A stretch of DNA of 17,705 bases from Bugula neritina (taxonomy: Eukaryota; Animalia; Bryozoa): contig CAXIUT010000307.1 in the NCBI GenBank assembly GCA_964035545.1, positions 1 to 17,705 on the forward strand, read 5' to 3'. Positions within the stretch are counted from its first letter, which is position 1. Every line of letters starts with the position of its first letter. This document shows, one piece after another, positions 10,701 through 17,705 of this stretch. The notes beneath the pieces were generated by a model. That model did no database searches. It saw only the letters and a list, made by a program, of their open reading frames with translations, and was not told the origin of the DNA. A program made the translations under genes and the position numbers.

Positions 10701-13700
10701 CTATATTTGGCTATGTCTACAACTAAATATAATCTCCAGGATCTAATGTTTATAAAAATGGACAATGGATTTATACTACATTTTGCCCTATAGATGCAGA
10801 ATTTGATTTAGATTCAACTGCAGCTAATATAGATTTTATCAATCCTCAATATCCTCTTGTTTTTACAAATGATTTTTAGCTTAGTGGAATCCTTACCTAT
10901 GCCTATTCCAATCAAGCTGGCTATCTTAGAGCTTATCATCATGAAGTATAAAGTATCACCTCTCTTATTAGAAACTGCACAACTGCTAAATTACAGACAT
11001 ATAACCCTTCTTCTTCAGGAAATCAAAGATCTACTTTTACTTTCACAGTTCCCACTATCACTTTAAGTGACACTCGATATGGAGGTTATCCTAGTTTTAG
11101 AGTTTTTATTACAATTCCATCTTCAACAGTAGGTAGTAGCAGTATTTCCATGATGAATTTCTGTGATACTACCAACAAACTACTTAACTGTGTTGTAAAT
11201 TCTGCCTCATCTTCTACTTTTCAAGCTGAATTGCAGTATACAGGAACAGGAATCACTACTATTACATACTTTGAAATGAATATTTATGCTTCTGTAGGTT
11301 CTACCTTTGGAGTTGCTGCTGATTATACTGTGACAGTCAGATTACCAACTTATGACAGTTCTATTACTTATAATGTTCCTTTTGGTGATGATTATACTTC
11401 TTCAAATATTTATTGTCAATGCTCCAGCAGTTTTACAGTAGGTATTACCCCTTATGGAACTACAGGCAATCTTAACAGTCTTACTTTTCAGTCAAATCAA
11501 AATACAGTGAGATCTTCTTTATCATTTATATTTGGAGCCAATAGTTATAGAGATGCTTTTTTCTCGACTTCAACTTACCTGTTTAACTTTGGGTTTTTGA
11601 ATACTCCAAATTATGATTTTTTTCAAACTCGATCTAATTTTAGATGTATGGTATTTTAAGGAACTAGCTCATCATCTCTAAGTCTATCAAGTGCATGGAA
11701 GACAATAAGTCTAGATAATTTTGAATCAGTAACTTTGACACCTAAACAATAGATAAGTAACCCATCAAGTATAGTTTACCAGATGAACTGTTATGGAGGT
11801 GGTATTCCTACAGGTTCTAATGAAACTAATATGAGTTCTAAATGGATAGATGCAAACATTGATGTTCAAACAGCTCCTATTATCCAGTATTCTTCTCTAT
11901 CTCTGAGTGCAGCAGCACCAACTACAGCTACTATCAGTTTTAATGCCAGAAGATTCAAGACTATTGGCATGAAGGCTCTTTACTCTTTCCAAATATCATC
12001 TCCAGTTGATCTTAATTCTTCAGCTCGTTTCTATTTCGATTTCCATATGAATCTTAGTCCTTATCTTGACAACTAAGGAGTAGTAGAGTGTTACATAAGA
12101 ACAGAGTCAGCAATGAATGATTCAGCTGCTCAATATACCTACTGTTCGTTTAATACTTGGTGGCAGCTAATGGTTTGGAATAACTTGAACTTAATAACTG
12201 CTGGAGATAGCTTTTACATTGATATCTACAATATAGATCAGCCCAAAAGTGGAGACATTGGTTCGAATCAAAAAATAACAGTGACCATTGATGACGATAG
12301 TATGTATAGTAATGGAGTAGCAGCTTCTCAGTAGTTTAGTGATGTAGCTCCAGGAAGTACCACTCCCACAGACTTTACTATCCTAGAAACAGAGGTGACT
12401 AGTAACTACATTCTCTCTTCTCAAACGATTACTATTAAACTAGATATGATCACTTCTAGTGTCTTTACTTCAGATACTTAGATATATGTTCTTTTCCCTG
12501 CTTCATATGCTCAGTGGATCGAACGTTCTCAAACTATTGGTGCAACTTACCCGTCAGTAGCTACTGATATGTACTGTGCATTCAATGCTACAGGAGTAGC
12601 TACTAATTCAGCTTCGGATTGCGCCTTTATCTCTCAAAGAATATTGAAGGTTACAGTTAGATCAGTTACTAATCAATTTTTCACTTTGACTCTTATGAAT
12701 ATCAATACTCCAGCAGCAGTTCCTTCAGGAAAGTTCAATCAATATCGTTTCAAGTTGTTCTTGGCTGGATCTAACTAATAGACTGTATCACATTACACTT
12801 TTACTGACCATTCACAGTATCTAACACTTACAACTAATCCTGCATTGGTTTCCTTGAGTTGGAATCATTACTCTTTAATGATCACTGATTCTTTGTATAC
12901 TTTGAACTCTTTGGAAAATCAAGTTATCACTGTCCAACAAGGATACTATGGGACAGTAGTTGAGTTAAGACAAAGCATATTCCCAGCAAACTTCAAAGCT
13001 ACTCTTTCTCTAACTATTTCTAACTATGCAGATAAGTTTTTATCTTTGGAAACACTAGATGTTACTCTTGGTAAGCCGACTGCCTATTTCAGATTAGCAG
13101 CTAAGGATGCAGCTACTACTCCTGGACTCTACACACTTCAGTTCACAAAATCAGGAGATACCAACAATGTTTATACTAACATACCTCCACTAACTCTTGT
13201 TGTTCAAAATACTTAATGCACCTTAACTACTGATGCTAGTACTTACACTCTACCTATTGGAGGTATGACTCTTCCTATTCTTATCGATGGCATCAATTGT
13301 ATCCCTACTGATTCGATCAACTTTACTGTGACTTTCACAGGTACAGGGAGCAATCAATTTTCAGTTAACACTGATCTTTCGACTCTATACTTCTCTAGTG
13401 CTTCAGTTGATGGTAAGCTTTACTTCATTCTTAAACATACTGCTCCTAACTCAGGTTCTTTAATCGTTGGCAACTCAGTAACAGCTACTATTGATATAAC
13501 AGGTACTAATGCAGCCTTCTATTCAGCTATATCGACTTTTACATTGACTCTAGTAGATGCAACAACTTTCCAAAACACTCCAACCGGTACAGCTCTCAAT
13601 AGTCCTACTTTATCAACTAATACAGCAACTTTTCAACTTCAATGCAGTCAATCAAGTAGAATCTATTGGGGTATTGGTATTTACCCTTCAATCTTGAATA

Positions 13701-14793
13701 ATCAACAAGTCGACTTCGAAGCCAGAATCGTTTCAGGAGGAAATGGACTACTGACCAACTTTACTTAGTCTGATGATTACTTTGCCAAAGTTTATGGATT
13801 TAGACAAGGTACTACTATGCAAGTCGTCAGCAAGTCTCTTTATAACTTACAATCGAATGTTAACTACATTTTCAAATACTTCTGTGTCAATCAACTAGGA
13901 CATGTCTCAGACAGTCAAAGCATCAACTTCACCACTCTAAACTATGGAGCTTATCTCATGAAAGTATAAATAACCTTCAGAGGAGCCATCACCTATGATC
14001 AGTACAATGACCTTGCTTGTTCACTAGCTCAAAGCTTCATCATACCAAATACAAGAGTCCTCACAGAAGCTATGTCATATTGTGGAAGCACTCCTTTCAC
14101 TTTCTACAACAATGGCTCTGCAACTATCCTCAATGAACCTGATTCAAACGGGTGGTATATCTATGGCTTCTACATCATGCCAGATTATACCTTGCCAAGT
14201 GACAGCACCAACACAGATATCAGAAATCAACTTTCCCTCAGTACCCAAGCTATTTCTATCATTTCCAATACGAATAACTATAATTCTATTCCTTCATTAG
14301 TTCAAATGCAAACGTACATTAATCATTATTTAGAACTGATATCCAGATATTCACAACTCCGATTATTACGATTAGCTCACCATTATCAGGTCTTACTTCG
14401 GTTGTTATTTCTGCCTCTATTACGAATATGAATGGATTTATCATTATCGGAGCCTTAGAAGGTACTTTTAATTCAGAAACTATGACCATTCCTTCAGCTA
14501 CTAGCCTCAAAAATGGACAGTTTTCATCAACTCAAAATTTAACAGCTGTTCAAATGATTCATACCAACCAGAACTATAATACTACCTTCCAGTTCAACGG
14601 ACTCAGTGCCAATACAAATTATACTTTCTTCTACTTCTGTACAGTAGAAGATCCATCAATTACAGCTCTATCATCAACTATAAGTACTATCTCAGCTCAA
14701 ACTCTACAAATGCTAATAATTGATATCAACTTCGAATCTTCACTCGGATATCTATGGCTTTTGGGATTGATCTTAATGTTCTTGATCCTGTGA
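7718..14793 (+). CDS. ~2351-aa secreted/surface glycoprotein: signal peptide, Ser/Thr-rich beta-strand domains, two FN3-like C-terminal motifs, hydrophobic C-terminus (probable GPI signal); intron 14314-14333
   Basis: Eleven ORF-track fragments (7718 to 14072) share one frame. The gaps I translated contain only TAA/TAG. N-terminus MKKVIIFLLVLWVCTS; FN3-like LQSNVNYIFKYFCVNQLG and GLSANTNYTFFYFCT; ends NFESSLGYLWLLGLILMFLIL-TGA. Confidence 0.9.
14314..14333 (+). other. 20-nt spliceosomal intron GTACATTAATCATTATTTAG
   Basis: Its removal links the main frame to the frame of the C-terminal ORF (QMQT|TDIQIFTTP...). Confidence 0.85.
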
Positions 14794-15087
14794 TAATTAT
14801 AAAAATTCTGATTCATAAAAACCTTATCATAACTCTATTTATGAATTAGAGATTAATATCTAGGTTTAACTCACAGAATAAAATATCCTTAGTTTCACTG
14901 AATATTTTTGTTTTTGAAATTATTATCCAATTTATCACATTTTTTTTTTTGAAAAATAATAGTTATTCTTATAAATTTAATTTATTTATCATAAAATAAA
15001 CTCAGAAACAAAAATCAAAAACTTAATTATATTTTAATTTTCAAGATAAACAATAAAAATTGGATAGAATCAATATTAAGAATTCGC

Positions 15088-15175
15088 TGGGGTTGGGGTT
15101 GGGGTTGGGGTTGGGGTTGGGGTTGGGGTTGGGGTTGGGGTTGGGGTTGGGGTTGGGGTTGGGGTTGGGGTTGGG
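15088..15175 (+). repeat. Telomeric repeat (GGGGTT)n, right-end orientation, internal
   Basis: ~88-nt G4T2 array about 295 bp after the surface-gene stop, ending TTGGG. Confidence 0.97.
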
Positions 15176-15480
15176 TCATCAAGATCAGAATCTTCGATTT
15201 TTGTAAAGGTTTTTGTTTTTGTTGAAAGTTTTTGATTAAATAGTTCTACTAATTTTAAAATAATTTTTTGTTCAAGATTATTTTTAAAAAGTTCATTTAT
15301 CAAATACACCTTAGAAAGTTTGAAAATAAAAAAAATACTTTTTCCTCAGAATTTTAAGAAAGAAGTTATTGAAATAAAAATTTGTTAAGAACTTCCATAT
15401 TATGTAGATATTCGAACAAATTCAAATCTATATCGCATTTTTAAACTTATTTTAAAGAAAAATAAACTAGAAGGTGAAAT
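15176..15480 (-). CDS. Possible partial CDS of unknown function, truncated at the telomere junction
   Basis: Minus strand reads FHLLVYFSLK...LFEYLHNMEVLNKFLFQ..SEEK|VYLINELFKNNLEQKIILKLVELFNQK...DSDLD if a 29-nt GT-AG intron (15310-15338) is removed. It has no stop before 15176, and upstream frames are inconsistent. Confidence 0.35.
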
Positions 15481-16048
15481 TGCTTTGTATTTTTTTTTTC
15501 TATTTTCTAGTATTTTAAATATATTTTTAAACGTAATTGTCTAAATATAATTTTATTCTTATATTTTTATAAAAAAAATAAGGCAAAATTGATTTTTTCT
15601 TCTAGTTTAAGGCCTTTAACAAAATTTATTATCGAAAATCTCTCTTAAAAATAGATTCATATCAAAATGACTTTTAAAAAATATTTTCAGATCTTTTTAA
15701 TTATCATGTCAGAGCATTGCTATGATTTTTTCATTAAGACGAATTTTTCAAGATTTTTATTCTAAGATTTTGTTTGAAATAATTATGAAAAGAAGCTAAA
15801 TAAATAAATTTGTTTTTCAGAATAATTTTATTAATTTATTATCTTTGTTAAAAAATAAATAAATAACTTAAATTTGTCAAAGATTAGTGAGGAATCATTT
15901 AAGATTATTATTTTTATCTCAGTGTTATGGATAAAGAAAGTCAATCATTCGTTTTATCTAAATTTTTTATCGAAATAATTTGATTAGATAATTCATTTTT
16001 TATATTAATTATCATTAATTATCATTAAAAAAATTATAAAATAAATCC

Positions 16049-16131
16049 TGGGGTTGGGGTTGGGGTTGGGGGTTGGGGTTGGGGTTGGGGTTGGGGTTGG
16101 GGTTGGGGTTGGGGTTGGGGTTGGGGTTGGG
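16049..16131 (+). repeat. Telomeric repeat (GGGGTT)n, right-end orientation, internal; one G5 variant unit
   Basis: ~83-nt G4T2 array ending TTGGG, with GGGGG at 16068-16072. Confidence 0.97.
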
Positions 16132-16236
16132 CATTTTCCATATTATCTGATAAAATATCTCGTTTTTTAATCATATTTTTGACTTATGAAATAATAATCT
16201 TGAATTTGATAGTTTGTTAATTATTTTATGATGATT

Positions 16237-17705
16237 CGATATGAGTTAAATATAATTGATATATTTAATAAGTCGCTTATCATGAAGAAAGTGATTATCT
16301 TCTTGCTAGTATTGTGGGTATGCACTTCTCACATTTACTCTTCCCCTCCTAAAGTTCACTATAACCATGATGGTCATCCTCACTACTACTCACTCTACCT
16401 TTCTCTAGAAAAAGGAATTGGAGCATCAGACTACATTCGTTTCGTCTGGCCTGAACAAATCCACACAACTGTGAAAACCTAAGTTACAGTCAACCTTATC
16501 TCTTTCTCTAACAGTCTGCAAGTAGCCACTTCTACTTGTGTCAACGAAAACACAGTTGGATCGACTACATATCACGTGACTCTTGGGTTCGCTATGTAGC
16601 CAAATGTCTGGTATGAGATTCAGGTTTTTCCTAACAGGAATCCAGGAACTACTCCTATCAATCACCTTATCCAGCTCTTAGTAGTTTCAGATTATAGCTC
16701 ACATAATATAATCTATGACTCCAACATGGCCTTTGGACATGTAGATATCCTTGCTCCTCTAGCAAGCACTAACACTCTAGCTGTGGTCTGTAACTCGACA
16801 AGTACTCAAGCATCTGTTCCTTCAGCCATCTACTCTTATGATATATATATCACACCTACTGTAACGAGTACAACTGGAGGAAACTTCACAGTCGAGATTT
16901 ACTATGATAGTTTAGATGGAACTCAAAATACTACTGGAACATCAATAATAGACTTTTCCTTTATGGGACTCTGTCAGTCAGCAGCTACTACTAGTAGCAG
17001 TGCAGCTGTTCTTCAATTCTGTAGTATTTCATCAGATCTATCGACAATAACTTTTTCAATGGAATCTGTCACTGCTGGAACAGATCTCAGAATATCGACT
17101 TCAATCAACAACCCAGCTTACTATTCGATAAGAGGAATAAAGGTTTTCTGGACTGAATCTATTTCTGGAAGAGTGCTAGAAAATGGAATTCAAAATAATG
17201 CACTAACTGTAAGCAATATCAGCATCAATACAATTAGACCTAGAATTCAACTTTTTTGGGGAATAGAAAGCAACTTTACTGATGGTACGATTACAGCTCT
17301 ACCACTATTCATGGCAGCTGAATCTAGTCCCAACATTCTACCTTACAACTCATTCAATATCGGATTTAGTTTCACAGAAACATCTCCTATCGCCGGAAGG
17401 TACATAGTCTATGTTACTCTTGAAGCAGCAGGAGTAGCTGAAGGTTCGATCGCACATAACTTACCTGCTTTCACTGGCACTACTGTCTTTTGTTCGTATG
17501 ATACATCGAACAAAAGGATAGCATGCAAAAACGTAGGGGCTTTTATAAACACTGAATATAGATATTTCGTATCAGGAAAAGCCTTTTTCGAATCAACGAC
17601 TGTTTCTCCTATTTCTACTTTCGGTGCCATCTCTATTGAGCCTATAGTGTATGATACTGATGGAAATCAAATCAACACTCCAGTTTTATACACTGCTCTC
17701 GGTGG
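16237..17705 (+). repeat. Direct duplicate of 7673-9141 (offset 8564 bp)
   Basis: Identical by eye except for substitutions at 17481, 17496, 17506, 17508 and 17702. Confidence 0.95.
16282..17705 (+). CDS. Second copy (5' part, runs off the window) of the large surface protein gene
   Basis: Same MKKVIIFLLVLW start and same reading frame as the gene at 7718. Confidence 0.9.

Noticed and set aside
7718-14793. Operon-like cluster of many small ORFs, or a pseudogene riddled with stops
   Set aside because: The fragments share one frame and are separated only by TAA/TAG, so this is a single gene under a ciliate code.
7718-14793. Immobilisation antigen or mating-type (MTA/MTB) protein
   Set aside because: It lacks periodic Cys repeats, furin-like repeats and a multi-pass C-terminal membrane region.
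15076-15175. Pro-Thr repeat protein tail (PTPTPT) in the ORF track
   Set aside because: It is simply the translation of the telomere tract.
7598-16131. Telomere-targeting retrotransposon or telomere-bearing transposon
   Set aside because: No reverse transcriptase, endonuclease or transposase motifs, no terminal inverted repeats and no target-site duplications were seen. The tracts are all in direct orientation.
17702-17702. A>G difference between the gene copies (Asp>Gly)
   Set aside because: It lies four bases from the sequence end, where base quality is doubtful, so it was not interpreted.

Overview
Eukaryotic, AT-rich ciliate macronuclear-type DNA, not prokaryotic. The supplied ORF track (standard code) is misleading: TAA/TAG are sense codons and only TGA stops. 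Manual re-translation suggests TAA is Glu (peritrich-type code) rather than the usual Gln. Four (C4A2/G4T2)n telomere tracts (1-95, 7598-7672, 15088-15175, 16049-16131) cut the window into four segments. Segment A (1-7672) is a complete telomere-to-telomere ~7.7 kb minichromosome with four tightly packed genes: a GIMAP/AIG1-like GTPase with a glycine zipper and one frameshift, a helical-N-terminus plus FHA-like protein, a full-length PMCA-type P-type ATPase whose catalytic and Ca2+-binding motifs are nearly all degenerate, and a two-HMG-box protein. Segment B (7673-15175) carries one ~2351-aa signal-peptide, probably GPI-anchored, Ser/Thr-rich surface protein gene. Segment C (15176-16131) is a short AT-rich chromosome-end fragment. 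Segment D (16132-end) is a near-identical second copy of the 5' part of the surface protein gene. Four genes each need exactly one 20-nt GTA...TTATTTAG intron. The internal telomere junctions all end in TTGGG and are most simply ligation or assembly chimeras, though biological end-fusions cannot be excluded.
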